A DNA stretch of 63,967 nucleotides, counting the filler, from Octopus bimaculoides (taxonomy: Eukaryota), in NCBI RefSeq assembly GCF_001194135.2. It is 6 parts of 6 records of this genome, joined end to end, with 100 filler letters (N's around TTAATTAATTAA, not from the genome) between each part and the next. Parts side by side here need not be neighbours in the genome. Positions count along the whole stretch, not along the records: positions 1 to 28,021 come from NC_068990.1; 5 more parts are not named here. One strand, given 5' to 3'. The translations under genes and the position numbers were made by a program. Positions within the stretch are counted from its first letter, which is position 1. Each line of letters begins with the position of its first letter. The notes under the pieces are model-generated. The model was not told the DNA's origin. It saw only the letters and a list, made by a program, of their open reading frames with translations, and searched no databases. Of this stretch, positions 1 through 13,708 are shown piece after piece.

Positions 1-4
1 TGAT

Positions 5-108
5 AGTTATTTTATCGAACCTGAAAGGATGAAAAGTAAAGTCGACCCCGGCGTAATTTGAACCCCGAACGTAAAGACGGATGCAATGCCTCTAAGTGTT
101 CGCCAGGA
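5..108 (-). mobile_element. SINE family A fragment (further fragments at about 13720-13900, 15845-16000, 29110-29250, 44925-45265)
   Basis: TTTTATCGAACCTGAAAGGATGAAAAGTAAAGTCGAC...TTTGAAC is the reverse complement of the family core and B box. Confidence 0.75.
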
Positions 109-732
109 AGTACAAATATTTCTAACACGTTAATTGAGAAAGAGTTCAATAAGTAAATTTGATATAAATATTCATTTCACGACAAATTTTATAACATTCA
201 AGAATCCAAATTCTAATATGATTAAATTCTCCAAGTATGGTCTATATTTTATAGACAAGCCACGCCTCTCGATTAGTAATTAGACATTAATTGTTACAAA
301 CACTTTTAAGATACTTATAATTAAACGAATAAATTAATGGCATTAAATTAAATAAATGAATGAAGTCTGATAATAAAACAAATATTATTCTACTGTTTTT
401 AATTGTTATAGGTGTTTAATTATTTGAAGAAGTTTAATCTCCTTCAACTTGTTTACTAAGTCTTCTGTAACCTCGAAAATAGTTTAATATTGTGTAATCG
501 AAATACAAGAGAAGAAAAACAGGCAATAATTGATGAAGGGTCGTTTTTAGGTTGTTTGTTTTGTTTTCCATTTGTGTCTTTCCTTGTTCCAAAGAATAGT
601 TCATGTTCCATGTACTTGTGCTTCGATCTTTTTGTTGTTGTAACATGTTTCAGGATGCCCTGTGCCTACGTATGCTTATATATATACGTATAGATATAAG
701 TACACATAGTATAGTATGTATATATGTATATA

Positions 733-768
<36 letters not shown>

Positions 769-1533
769 NNNNNNNNNNNNNNNNNNNNNNNNNNNNNNNN
801 NNNNNNNNNNNNNNNNNNNNNNNNNNNNNNNNNNNNNNNNNNNNNNNNNNNNNNNNNNNNNNNNNNNNNNNNNNNNNNNNNNNNNNNNNNNNNNNNNNNN
901 NNNNNNNNNNNNNNNNNNNNNNNNNNNNNNNNNNNNNNNNNNNNNNNNNNNNNNNNNNNNNNNNNNNNNNNNNNNNNNNNNNNNNNNNNNNNNNNNNNNN
1001 NNNNNNNNNNNNNNNNNNNNNNNNNNNNNNNNNNNNNNNNNNNNNNNNNNNNNNNNNNNNNNNNNNNNNNNNNNNNNNNNNNNNNNNNNNNNNNNNNNNN
1101 NNNNNNNNNNNNNNNNNNNNNNNNNNNNNNNNNNNNNNNNNNNNNNNNNNNNNNNNNNNNNNNNNNNNNNNNNNNNNNNNNNNNNNNNNNNNNNNNNNNN
1201 NNNNNNNNNNNNNNNNNNNNNNNNNNNNNNNNNNNNNNNNNNNNNNNNNNNNNNNNNNNNNNNNNNNNNNNNNNNNNNNNNNNNNNNNNNNNNNNNNNNN
1301 NNNNNNNNNNNNNNNNNNNNNNNNNNNNNNNNNNNNNNNNNNNNNNNNNNNNNNNNNNNNNNNNNNNNNNNNNNNNNNNNNNNNNNNNNNNNNNNNNNNN
1401 NNNNNNNNNNNNNNNNNNNNNNNNNNNNNNNNNNNNNNNNNNNNNNNNNNNNNNNNNNNNNNNNNNNNNNNNNNNNNNNNNNNNNNNNNNNNNNNNNNNN
1501 NNNNNNNNNNNNNNNNNNNNNNATATATATATA

Positions 1534-1574
<41 letters not shown>

Positions 1575-3809
1575 TATTTATATTATTATTATTATTATAT
1601 TAGGGGTGGGATTTCTTCTATTTGCTGGTCGGCTGTTCTGTGTTATGTTGCTGATTTTCCTGGTTTCACAGAAGGTGTCGAGTTTATTATTATTATTTAT
1701 CGAGGCTATGATAGTAGCTAAGTTATTAATCAGCCAATAGCTTACTATGATTTTATTCCTAAATATGGCTGCATATTTTTTATTTGCGTTCACTTGTTTA
1801 TCTATGAGTCTCATTGTGGAGCGAACTGAATAACCATGAGACCTCAGGTTAACTTATATTCTTCATCCACCTCACAACGGACTGAACGAAATGTGAACCC
1901 AACTATAATGTAAGACATTCGAATCTTTGATCTTCTCTTTTCCGATGTAACCATCGATCTTTCACTCTACTTCTCTCTACCTCTGACTTCTTCGTTCTGT
2001 CGATGTCTACCATTGGCAATGAAGCAAAAATACAAATATATATTTTCATCACCATGGTAAACAGAAACGATCGTAAACAACTTCACTCTCACTGTCACCT
2101 TTATTCAATAATAAAAGAATGGCTTGCTAGCGCAAACGAAACACTTCTGTTTGGTATTTTTCCTTCATTTTCTTCTCTTCTATATAAATTAAACTACGGT
2201 TACCCACTAAATTACCTGCTGTCGTATACATTTTACCAAGGAATATACCCACTAGGCGAATTACCAGAAGTGCATTCGGATATATCTATCCCTTAGAGGC
2301 TTTAAACACCTCTATCTTATACCTATATATACATATATATCTATATATATATATATATATATATATATNNNNNNNNNNNNNNNNNNNNNNNNNNNNNNNN
2401 NNNNNNNNNNNNNNNNNNNNNNNNNNNNNNNNNNNNNNNNNNNNNNNNNNNNNNNNNNNNNNNNNNNNNNNNNNNNNNNNNNNNNNNNNNNNNNNNNNNN
2501 NNNNNNNNNNNNNNNNNNNNNNNNNNNNNNNNNNNNNNNNNNNNNNNNNNNNNNNNNNNNNNNNNNNNNNNNNNNNNNNNNNNNNNNNNNNNNNNNNNNN
2601 NNNNNNNNNNNNNNNNNNNNNNNNNNNNNNNNNNNNNNNNNNNNNNNNNNNNNNNNNNNNNNNNNNNNNNNNNNNNNNNNNNNNNNNNNNNNNNNNNNNN
2701 NNNNNNNNNNNNNNNNNNNNNNNNNNNNNNNNNNNNNNNNNNNNNNNNNNNNNNNNNNNNNNNNNNNNNNNNNNNNNNNNNNNNNNNNNNNNNNNNNNNN
2801 NNNNNNNNNNNNNNNNNNNNNNNNNNNNNNNNNNNNNNNNNNNNNNNNNNNNNNNNNNNNNNNNNNNNNNNNNNNNNNNNNNNNNNNNNNNNNNNNATAT
2901 ATATATATATATATATATATACAAAAATATTTCCCTTAACCCTGGAATTTCTACCTTTATAAATAGGCTGTAGTATCCTTGGCACGTATGTGAAGTTTTG
3001 CTAGCCTAGTAAATATTTATTTATTTGTCTCCTTGTTATTTGTACACATCGAAAAAGTACACATACATAAATAATATATGTGTGCATGTGTCTATACATA
3101 CACATATAAACGTGTGTAAACGCGTGTGTGTGTATATGCTTGTGTGTTTGAGAGAGAGAGAGATTGACAGACAGACTGACAGACAGACTGATTGACAAAC
3201 GGACAGACAGAGACAACTCATATTTTTTGCGGTGCTAAATTATTGTAAGATTAGATTTACCTTTAACAGTTTTATCTTTGAGATGTAACTAAATAAATGG
3301 TATGTTGAATATACTAAGCGGATTTTTTTATTTATTTATTTATGTGTTTCAGCCAAGTGGCTGCGGTCATGCTGTGAAAACTTACTGAAAAGAATTTCGT
3401 TTGCTTCCAGTTTTAATGTTAAAGACATGTAATGCAGTTAAGTGAAGCTCTATTCACAGTTAAGCATAGTACTGCCGTGATATTCATTTTTGTTAACTCA
3501 ATCCTGTCATATTTACAATAAAAAGAAAGCATTTCGGAAAATACTGGACACAAAATAATATCTTCAAAAACATAACAGGTTTGCTTCCCAACCACGTAGT
3601 TCAAGAACCATAGCCACTGCGTGGAATCTGTGGCCCGCTGAAAAATTTGAGAGTGGATTTGGTAAGCGAAACCTGAAAAGAAAACCGTCATGTATACACA
3701 TTAACGAATCGCTAAATCATCCATTAATTTGGATGACGAAGACACATATATATATAAATATATATTTTAATAGAGAAGTAAGTCCGAAATAAAACCAGGA
3801 GCGAAAGAG

Positions 3810-3858
3810 CTTAACTGATGAGGCAACGAAAATTGCCGAAACTGACGTCAGCATTAAG
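3810..3858 (+). ncRNA. Type I hammerhead motif of a second family, U16.1 replaced by C
   Basis: CTTAA-CTGATGA-GGCAA-CGAAAA-TTGCC-GAAA-CTGACGTCAG-CA-TTAAG. Helix I is 5 bp, the core is canonical, helix II is a perfect 5 bp and helix III is palindromic, but the triplet reads GCA instead of GUA. Confidence 0.6.
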
Positions 3859-4065
3859 AATTCTCGATCGGCATTTTTAGGGTGATTCAGATCCCTGTTA
3901 GTGTACATGTTTTCATTCATGTGCTTTAACTGCAGCATTAGAGCATTTTAGCTCTTATTTCTATCAATGTAGGTGTTTCTTAAAACCCTAGTGATATTTA
4001 GTGACCTTTGTAATTCTCCTTTTTGGTGAAACATTGCAAACAGCTGCTTATATTATTTTTTACAG

Positions 4066-4102
<37 letters not shown>

Positions 4103-4119
4103 CATTTACATATATATGC

Positions 4120-4166
<47 letters not shown>

Positions 4167-5299
4167 TGTGTGTGTGTGTGTGTGTGTGTGTATATACATT
4201 TACATATATATGTATGTATATAGATATATATACATTTACATATATGTGTATGTGTGTGTATGTGTCTGTGTGTGTGGATGCATGCATGTGGTTGTTGTGC
4301 CTGTGTTTATTTTCCATTATCGTTTGACAACCGTTGTTGGTGTGTTTTTGTCCACGTATCTAGTGGTTCCACAAAAGGGACCGAGAGAATTAATACTAGG
4401 CTTTAAGAAAAAAATATTTTAGCCGAGTCGGTCGGCTAAAATCCTCCAAGGTGGTGCTCCAGCATGGCCACGGTTTTATAATTGAGACAAAAGATAAACG
4501 ATAAAAGATTAAATCGCAAGCGATTAGGAGGAGGAGGATATGCAGCAGGAGAAGGAGATGGAGAAGGTGGAGGAGGAGAATCATCCTCCTCCTCCTCATC
4601 ATCATCAACCTCATCATCATCAACATCATCATCATTGTCATCACTTTTAACATCATAATCGTTAATTTGTTTTCTTCAGCTACAGAAACGATGAGAAGTA
4701 CAAGAATTTAGCATTCATTTGGAAGTGGTTTAATTATCAAAAGCGAGAACCCGAACGGTGGTTAACAACAATCCTTATTTTTTCGGAGAAAAATAACGAA
4801 AGACAACAAAATCTTGATTCCAAATCCTGTCTCGGACTACTTTACATTCAGTTCTTCGCGGCCGATAAAATAAAGTACAAATCATGGCCGGTACTATGAT
4901 ATCGACTGCAAGCATCGCTATAAAATCGCTGACTTTGTGCTTAAACGAGAAACATTAAGTTTAGTACGTCTGGAATTCTAAACTTAGTCCTAACACTCTT
5001 TGATGTAAACAATATCCGTTATAATATTTTTTTCAAATTTTGGCACAGGCAAATCAATTTTAAGACGGAGGGGTAGAGACTGTGTCAGCTTACCGCATTA
5101 ATATCATTTATAATTCAATATCATTTAATGTGCATTAAAATGGTTGTCATCTATCAATTCTGGTTAATTTGAAGACGATCAGCTACGTACTAAGCAGTGT
5201 ACATGTATGTGTGTGCGTGTTTATATATATGACCGAATTCTTTTAAAACTGAGTGCTTATTGATGTCTGCAAGGAATTTTAAATACCATTGTTTCTTTT

Positions 5300-5340
<41 letters not shown>

Positions 5341-5343
<3 letters not shown>

Positions 5344-5990
5344 AAAGATGAGCGTTTGCCAACGCGCCTTTCTTTATGGTGAGCTCGAATTTATGGCGAG
5401 ACCACAACATAAGCCGAGGAAATGTTATAAAGACTTTGTGAAGGAAAAACTGAACAAACTAGATATGAAGAGAAGTGATTGGAAATAATGTTGCTCTAGA
5501 TCGGAACCATTTGAACGGTAATGTTAAGACTGGTTGCAATGCCTGAGAGGAAAAGATGATTCCGCATTCTGAACTTAAAAGGGTGTGTCCCAAAAGAAAA
5601 ATTGCAACTGTAATCAACAGTAAATATTGTATGAGATCGTGTTCTGTTGTCAAAAGCAGGACGTGAATCATATGAAGTCACATGGAAATCGTAATTCCCA
5701 GATAGGACACCAACCACCTCTTACGACTTGCATCATACGTCAAAAAACTTGTAAGACAATATCTGGACTTAAAAGACATATGCTAGATCGCAAAATTATT
5801 CCTTCAGAATCAGATTCCAAAGGGTAAAGATATTGAAGAAACTTGAATAATATCTGTCACTTGTGTTTTAAACTCTGTCAGTCAGCAGCTGGTTTTAAAA
5901 CTCATTTAATGTCCCATCAATGAAGTGATTGCACTGTGTGATGGAGTGTGGTGTGTGTGATGATGCGACGGCTATCATCCCTCAAGATTA
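5341..5990 (+). mobile_element. 3' end of an RTE-clade LINE ORF, degenerate
   Basis: Frameshifted MKDERLP..LYGELE..RPQHKPRKCYKDFVKEKL..DW and zinc-finger-like remnants (TCIIRQKTCKTISGLKRHM). Confidence 0.65.
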
Positions 5991-6110
5991 GGCAATCAAA
6001 TGTATATAAAGATATATATATACATATGTATATGTATGCATATATATACATATATATATATGCACATATACATCTATATATATATATATACATATATATA
6101 TATACATATA

Positions 6111-6485
6111 CTGAACTGGCACTTAATTTATCGACCCCGAAAGGGCGAAAAGCAAAGTCGATCTCGGCGGAATTTGAACTCAGAAAGTAAAAACAAACGA
6201 AATAGTGCTAAGCATTTCGCTCGGCGTGCTAACGATTCTGCCAGCTCGCCGTCTCCACCTTTGTACGTACTCTTTTCTACTCCATTTCCATGGCCAGAAA
6301 TTCTGGGGGATGGGGGGCAGTCGTTTAAATCGACACCAGTACGTAACTGGAACTTAATTTATCGATTCCGAAAGGATGAAAGGCAAAGTCGACATCGGCG
6401 GAATTTGAATAGAAAACGTAAAGACAAACGAAATACCGCTAAGCATTTCGCCCGGCGTGCGAACGGTTCTGCCCGCTCGCCGCCT
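6111..6485 (-). mobile_element. Two tandem SINE family A copies
   Basis: Reverse-complement head and core at about 6111-6253 and 6285-6485. Confidence 0.85.
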
Positions 6486-8262
6486 TTCTCCATATTAATA
6501 ATAGAAACAATAATTATATTACTTAGAAATATTCCAGTTGTTTTTCGCTTTCTATACTTGTTCTTTTTCTCTCCTTATTTTCTTTCTCTACTCCTCTAAA
6601 TAAACGTTTTCAATGTCAGTTGGAGACATTGCATTCCTGTCAGTTTATCTCTTTTGCTTCAGGTCATAAGTATGTACATACATTAAATATCGTTCGCTGA
6701 GTAACGAGATTTAGAACAGGATTTCCTGCTTCGACGTCACTCCACAAGTCCGGATTGCTTTCTCCCTTTGCCGCCCCCATAAAATCAATGACGTGGGAAC
6801 TTTTAAATTTCGTGTGCACTTTTATTCCTCATCTGACTATATCGGAGAAAAAATATTGTTCAGTTATGTGTGAGCAGTTGCATATCTTGACAAATTCTTC
6901 AACTATAAACCGTATACTTACCATCATGATCAATAAGTTATTCTATCATCTGCCAAAATTGTCACGACAAGAACTCACCTGATACGAAATATATTTACTT
7001 CCGCCGCCGCCGCCTCCCGCTATATTCCAGCCAACCAAATTCCTGTCAACCAAAGCATATAATTTCTATATTTGGGCATTCAGTGTTTGATCTGCTTTGA
7101 AGATTTCTGTCTTTCTTTTCGTTTGTCTCTCTCTCTTTCTCTCGCTCTCCCTCTCCCTCTCTATCTCTCTCTTTCTATAAAAGCGTTGTCTTTCTTTGAA
7201 TCTACTTTTTTTCTTTTTCCTTTCTTCCTTTCTTTCTTTCTTTCTTTCTTTGTCTATGTCTCTCTGTCACTATCCTATCCTATCTCTCTCTCCCCTCTCT
7301 CTGTATATACCACGCACATATCCCCTATATATATATATATATANNNNNNNNNNNNNNNNNNNNNNNNNNNNNNNNNNNNNNNNNNNNNNNNNNNNNNNNN
7401 NNNNNNNNNNNNNNNNNNNNNNNNNNNNNNNNNNNNNNNNNNNNNNNNNNNNNNNNNNNNNNNNNNNNNNNNNNNNNNNNNNNNNNNNNNNNNNNNNNNN
7501 NNNNNNNNNNNNNNNNNNNNNNNNNNNNNNNNNNNNNNNNNNNNNNNNNNNNNNNNNNNNNNNNNNNNNNNNNNNNNNNNNNNNNNNNNNNNNNNNNNNN
7601 NNNNNNNNNNNNNNNNNNNNNNNNNNNNNNNNNNNNNNNNNNNNNNNNNNNNNNNNNNNNNNNNNNNNNNNNNNNNNNNNNNNNNNNNNNNNNNNNNNNN
7701 NNNNNNNNNNNNNNNNNNNNNNNNNNNNNNNNNNNNNNNNNNNNNNNNNNNNNNNNNNNNNNNNNNNNNNNNNNNNNNNNNNNNNNNNNNNNNNNNNNNN
7801 NNNNNNNNNNNNNNNNNNNNNNNNNNNNNNNNNNNNNNNNNNNNNNNNNNNNNNNNNNNNNNNNNNNNNNNNNNNNNNNNNNNNNNNNNNNNNNNNNNNN
7901 NNNNNNNNNNNNNNNNNNNNNNNNNNNNNNNNNNNNNNNNNNNNNNNNNNNNNNNNNNNNNNNNNNNNNNNNNNNNNNNNNNNNNNNNNNNNNNNNNNNN
8001 NNNNNNNNNNNNNNNNNNNNNNNNNNNNNNNNNNNNNNNNNNNNNNNNNNNNNNNNNNNNNNNNNNNNNNNNNNNNNNNNNNNNNNNNNNNNNNNNNNNN
8101 NNNNNNNNNNNNNNNNNNNNNNNNNNNNNNNNNNNNNNNNNNNNNNNNNNNNNNNNNNNNNNNNNNNNNNNNNNNNNNNNNNNNNNNNNNNNNNNNNNNN
8201 NNNNNNNNNNNNNNNNNNNNNNNNNNNNNNNNNNNNNNNNNNNNNNNNNNNNNNNNNNNNNN

Positions 8263-8322
<60 letters not shown>

Positions 8323-9214
8323 CATACAATACACAAAGACACATACGTGCACGGGTATATGTTATATAATATATTATATACCAAAATCTGCGCCCGAGTG
8401 CGTCGCTACTGTTTGTTTCCTGTCGCCGGTTCTCGCCTGTGAACCGACAACAAATTACATTGCATAACGATTCATTCTACACAGAAGCATGAACCACAGT
8501 CGTCTCTGCAAGTATAAATAAATATATATTTGTACAGAGACATCAGGGGAGAGAGGGAGAGCAAACGAAAGTGAGTGTGTGGGTTTCAGAGAAGTTAAGA
8601 GAGATACAGAAAGAGAGGTAGATAATTAATTCTTATCTTCTATAGCACTAATACAGAATTAATCAATACTATACATCATCTAAACTAATTAATTCTCAAG
8701 ACATTTTGTTCAATGTTTTAAATGCTCTTTTGCCTTTTTATCTTTATTTTTATTTTTATTTCTCTATTTACTTTTTGAGTGATGAGAAAATATGTTTACA
8801 TTTTGTAAACGAACTTTTTGACAGATATACAAGCTAAGCACGAAAATTAATAAACGACTTAATGAAGAAATAAAGGGAAAAAGTCATTTCTAGTGAAAAT
8901 CTCGACTTGTTTGTTGACGCCTCAATTTACTTTACAGTTGTAACCATAAATGTTGATATGATACCACAAGTCCTAGCTAAACTTTAGCTGCCATATTGTT
9001 AGCCCTCGAGAAATAATTCCTTTTAATTCCTACGTATGGTAGAGTATTTCTCGCTGTATTTTGGTTCAGTTTTCTTTATTACAAAATCGTTATAGATAAT
9101 GAAAATTATTTTCAAATGAAGATGGAACAGTGTTAACTTAAGAGTACAACTCATCAACAGATCGAAATATTCAAAAGTTACCAATGCAAGAAATGGAGTA
9201 CGGGTGAAGCTGTA

Positions 9215-9996
9215 CTCTAATGTACAGGTTTGGCACCCACACTTAACCTTCTATATATCCATCGTCTACTTGCTTCAATATCCAACATGTCTGAGAAGAT
9301 GCGAGCTTTCATCTCCCGCCAGCCATCCCCAAACATACAGCAACCCCGCGCAATCCAGACTCGCACGCCAAACTTTGCTTGCTTCCCTGAAATGTGAACT
9401 TGCGAGCATCTTTGGTGACGCCATTTAAACGTTGCCTCTTTGAAACTCAAAAACATTAAATGAAACACTGATATTATTATAAAACCAGCACCGCATACTA
9501 CGCGCCGTAATAATGAACGACCAACCAATCCGTCACGGAAGGTGCACTTGCTTGACGATCCTCGAGAGTCTATCCTGGTGGTGACACATACTTTCTAATG
9601 CCGTAAATGCACACAAAAGTTTGGCATTTCTTTTCATAACCAGAAAATATTTCAGCCATCAAGCATTAATACAATCGACAAGACAAGATTCAAGGGATAA
9701 TGACTGTACTCTTCCCACATCTTGGCAAATCCTGGCTGAAGAGGACTGCTGCTGGAAGGTCATATGTGTGGCAGCAGGATTAGGTTGCTAAGTATACTCC
9801 AAAAATAATTCATGGATTACTATGCATATGAATCGCCCGGCGTGCCATCGATTCTGCCAGCTCGCCGCCCTCAACTCTAATGTACAGTTTTGTCACCCAC
9901 ACTTAACCTTCTCTATATACATCGTCTACTTGCTTTAATATCCAACATGTCTGAGAAGATGCGAGCTTTCATCTCCCGTTAGCCATCCCCAAACAT
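9215..9996 (+). repeat. 122-bp direct repeat pair (9215-9336 and 9875-9996)
   Basis: Ungapped, 7 mismatches by manual count, offset exactly 660 bp. Confidence 0.92.
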
Positions 9997-11117
9997 CTAA
10001 TATATACAAAGGAATCTGACGGCTTCCAATCCATTGGGTCTTGTGGAGTCCTGCAATTGCCGTAGCTACCGTCTCAGCAAGTAAAATAAGAAATAACCAT
10101 CCACGTATCGAGCTCAATATATATACACCGAGATTGCTATTTCAAGTGAACTCTCTTTCAACGCCGTACACTGAGACTTTATTCAGCCCAACGGCTCTTT
10201 GTAGTATCGGTAAATGTATTATTCACTATTCCTTATGTGTCAAAAAAAAACAAAAACAAATAAAACATATTTCGTCCAGACATATTATAGTCTCATCATA
10301 GTTTATAACACAACATAACTATGGAGGAGTTTTCTCTTAGACAAAAACCGCAGCATTCTTCCTCTCAACGGTGTATATACATAAAGCGTGGTCCATAGAC
10401 GGCTATTTTACTTCAATGTTGATTCAGTTGCTTTCACGGGGACAAAAAAATATGTATGTAATTTTATTTGAAAATTTCTAATGCAAAACTTTCAAAATTA
10501 AACTGGTCTGTCTCAGCCTTCTTTAAAACCTAGCAGTGTGATGAAAACACGTAATGAAAATATGGCCGACATTCCTACCAGCGCAAATAACTGTACTGTG
10601 TCTGACTTCTGGTGACTTCAGTGCTTCTTTCGGTTTAAAATAGCCGCGAAATGCGTGCGATCTAACAAATAACAGTCCGCAGGTACTTTTGTTATTCTCT
10701 TTATATATATTGGATCAACAATGATATTAATAGATATGTTGTTTTATACACATCAGTTAATATCATATGTATAAGCGTATTCCTTTGTTAGAGATAACGT
10801 GTAATTTCAGGCGCATTATTTTCCAGTGATTCAACGAACAATATACTGTCTTTCTCGTGCAGCTTTACTAATTAGGTGTGTTAGTAATACAAAATATGAT
10901 ATAAAATTTAATAATCACAAACTAATTATATATACACGAATTGGAAGATTTGATCTTAATAAAGACGTCGAAACACAGCTGTTATTCAATGCCCTTTTTG
11001 AATCCATATTTTAAATTTAATATGTTTCTCGGTTGTTGATTTCCGGCTATTCCACATGTCATATAATGATGTGTATACTTACATACTCTCACATACTCGC
11101 ACTTACACACACACACA

Positions 11118-11164
<47 letters not shown>

Positions 11165-11462
11165 NNNNNNNNNNNNNNNNNNNNNNNNNNNNNNNNNNNN
11201 NNNNNNNNNNNNNNNNNNNNNNNNNNNNNNNNNNNNNNNNNNNNNNNNNNNNNNNNNNNNNNNNNNNNNNNNNNNNNNNNNNNNNNNNNNNNNNNNNNNN
11301 NNNNNNNNNNNNNNNNNNNNNNNNNNNNNNNNNNNNNNNNNNNNNNNNNNNNNNNNNNNNNNNNNNNNNNNNNNNNNNNNNNNNNNNNNNNNNNNNNNNN
11401 NNNNNNNNNNNNNNNNNNNNNNNNNNNNNNNNNNNNNNNNNNNNNNNNNNNNNNNNNNNNNN

Positions 11463-11636
11463 AATAATAATAATATAATAATAATAATAATAATAATAGT
11501 AACATCGATAGGAATGAGAACCCAGGTTCGAAATTTCCCCAAGACACCTGACGAAGGCTGGAGGGTATATCAGCCGAAACGTTGTGTTAACAACAAACAA
11601 GATGAGGACGAATATCCGTCAAATGTAGATAATGTA

Positions 11637-11640
<4 letters not shown>
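11463..11640 (+). mobile_element. Same SINE family: (AAT)n plus 3' body; head probably in the preceding N gap
   Basis: (AAT)n followed by TAGGAATGAGAACCCAGGTTCGAAATTTCCCCAAGACACCTGACGAAGG...GATGAGGACGAATATCCGTCAAATGTAGATAATGTAAAT, collinear with the 21372-21540 minus-strand copy. Confidence 0.8.
11543..11588 (+). ncRNA. Minimal type I hammerhead ribozyme motif, intact (copy a)
   Basis: GACAC-CTGACGA-A-GGCTG-GAGGGTATAT-CAGCC-GAAA-CG-TT-GTGTT. Helix I is 5 bp (one G.U). Core CUGANGA has an extra A before helix II. Helix II is a perfect 5 bp. GAAA is followed by palindromic AACGUU in place of helix III and a GUU triplet. Predicted cut 11583/11584. Confidence 0.7.
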
Positions 11641-11682
<42 letters not shown>

Positions 11683-11803
11683 TGGTATATGTAGATGCTT
11701 ACGAGAATATGTATGTGTATATGCATACATACATAAACCTACAAAGCACACATATAAGTCTATATACGTAAGTACACACACAGAAGCATATATATACACA
11801 CAA

Positions 11804-11836
<33 letters not shown>

Positions 11837-12060
11837 CGCATATATATATGTATGTATATTATACATATATAATATGTACATATACATAGACACACACATA
11901 TATATATAAATATATATATATGTGTGTGTGTGTGCGTGTGTGTGTGTGCGTGTACATATATATACACACACACATATATACATACATATATTTATTCATG
12001 TGAGGACGTATGTATGTATTCACACATATATACACGCACGTATGCACACACATACACATG

Positions 12061-12117
<57 letters not shown>

Positions 12118-13620
12118 ACGCGCGCTCTGCTATACTGGGCACATTGTTTTCGGTAACATAAGGCTGTGTATATCGAAATAATTGGCGATGTAACTTGTAA
12201 GAATTTATTGATTAACAAAAAGACGTGTCTTCTTTCGTGTGCATATGTGTACGTGGTTATACGTGTATCTGTGTCTGCGTTTTATCATACACATATATTT
12301 CATTCTATTACGAAGTTTTTAACCGGAAAGCAGACACGTTCTGCAGTTTTATTCATCTCTTCTCTTTACGCAGCCGCATAAACTACATTAGTAATTAATT
12401 ACCCACTAATAGAATTCACACAACGAATACTATAGCGTTTAACATTAATAAAATATCAGAGAGATTTTTTTTTTTTTAGCGCTAATACTTTCACAAAAAG
12501 CTTTAAAATATATTTTTTAAGTATGGTACGTCTTGATTTCTTTATATATTATATTACATTCATTTTTTTTAACGATTATTTTATTAGCAGTTGTTTGCTT
12601 ATAAATTTCCAGGGTATATTCTCTATCATTTTATGTTTGCTTTTATATATATCTAATATTTCATCTTATCTTTCACCTGTTTCTCTCTTTGGACTGCGGC
12701 CATGCTGGGGCACCGGCTTGATGGGCTCTAGTCTAACAAACTGAATTTTTTTTTTATAAGCCCGGTTCGTAATTTTGTTCGACAGGTTTACCGAGCCGCT
12801 GAGTGATGGAGACGAAGACAGAACAAAACCGGTTGTCAAGGAGTTGGGAGAACTAAAACTCCACCCACACACATCAGAAAACAAACAACAAAAGTCAAGT
12901 GGATATGAATATAATACTTGACACTCAATAAAAGTTTTTGACCGAAACATTCAAATGGAAATGATGTTTCGAGTATGGATCTTTATCAGATTGAGGAAAA
13001 AGTTCAGAGAGAAGATGAGGGCAGAAGGAACAAATAGCACAGAGTATCGTTACATGACCAAAACCAATAAATACTCGACTGGTTAGTTTCAATTTCCATC
13101 AAGTCTATGAAATTCACTTAGAGGGCTTTGATCGATCTGGGACTGTATTTGAGGACATTGGCTCAAGGTGACATGACTTGAGATTGAGATTGATTAGAAG
13201 AGAGAGCACGTTGTTGGGATGTTGGACAACTTCTTACTTCGCAGCCAGGTATGCATTTATCTACCAATGGATAAATGCATACGGTAATAGACATACATAT
13301 GAATGTATGTCTTTATGAAATAATACATGTGTGGAATTGTGCTCTACTGTAATTGCGAAGAGCATGCTTGTGCTTGCATGTATTGTCTTTTTTTGTGTAT
13401 GTGTGTGTACATACGTAGGAATGTGATTCTTTGATTTTCTGTTTTTTTTTCTTTTATTTTCCTTTTCGTCAGTTCAGAATTTTCTCTTCTTGCAAGAAAA
13501 AATATACAAAAATATCTGAATATAGTCTATATAATTCAAAGTGCTTAAAACTATCTATAAAAGAACTCCATAATAACAAATTGTACGCATTAAAATAAAG
13601 AAACATAGTATAATATATTA

Positions 13621-13708
<88 letters not shown>
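13621..13708. repeat. (TAG)n microsatellite
   Basis: Pure trinucleotide run. Confidence 0.98.

Noticed and set aside
10554-10611. Short ATG-to-donor segment MKIWPTFLPAQITVLCLTS(G) resembling a signal-peptide exon
   Set aside because: The only support is composition and a moderate donor; such segments arise by chance and no partner exon was found.
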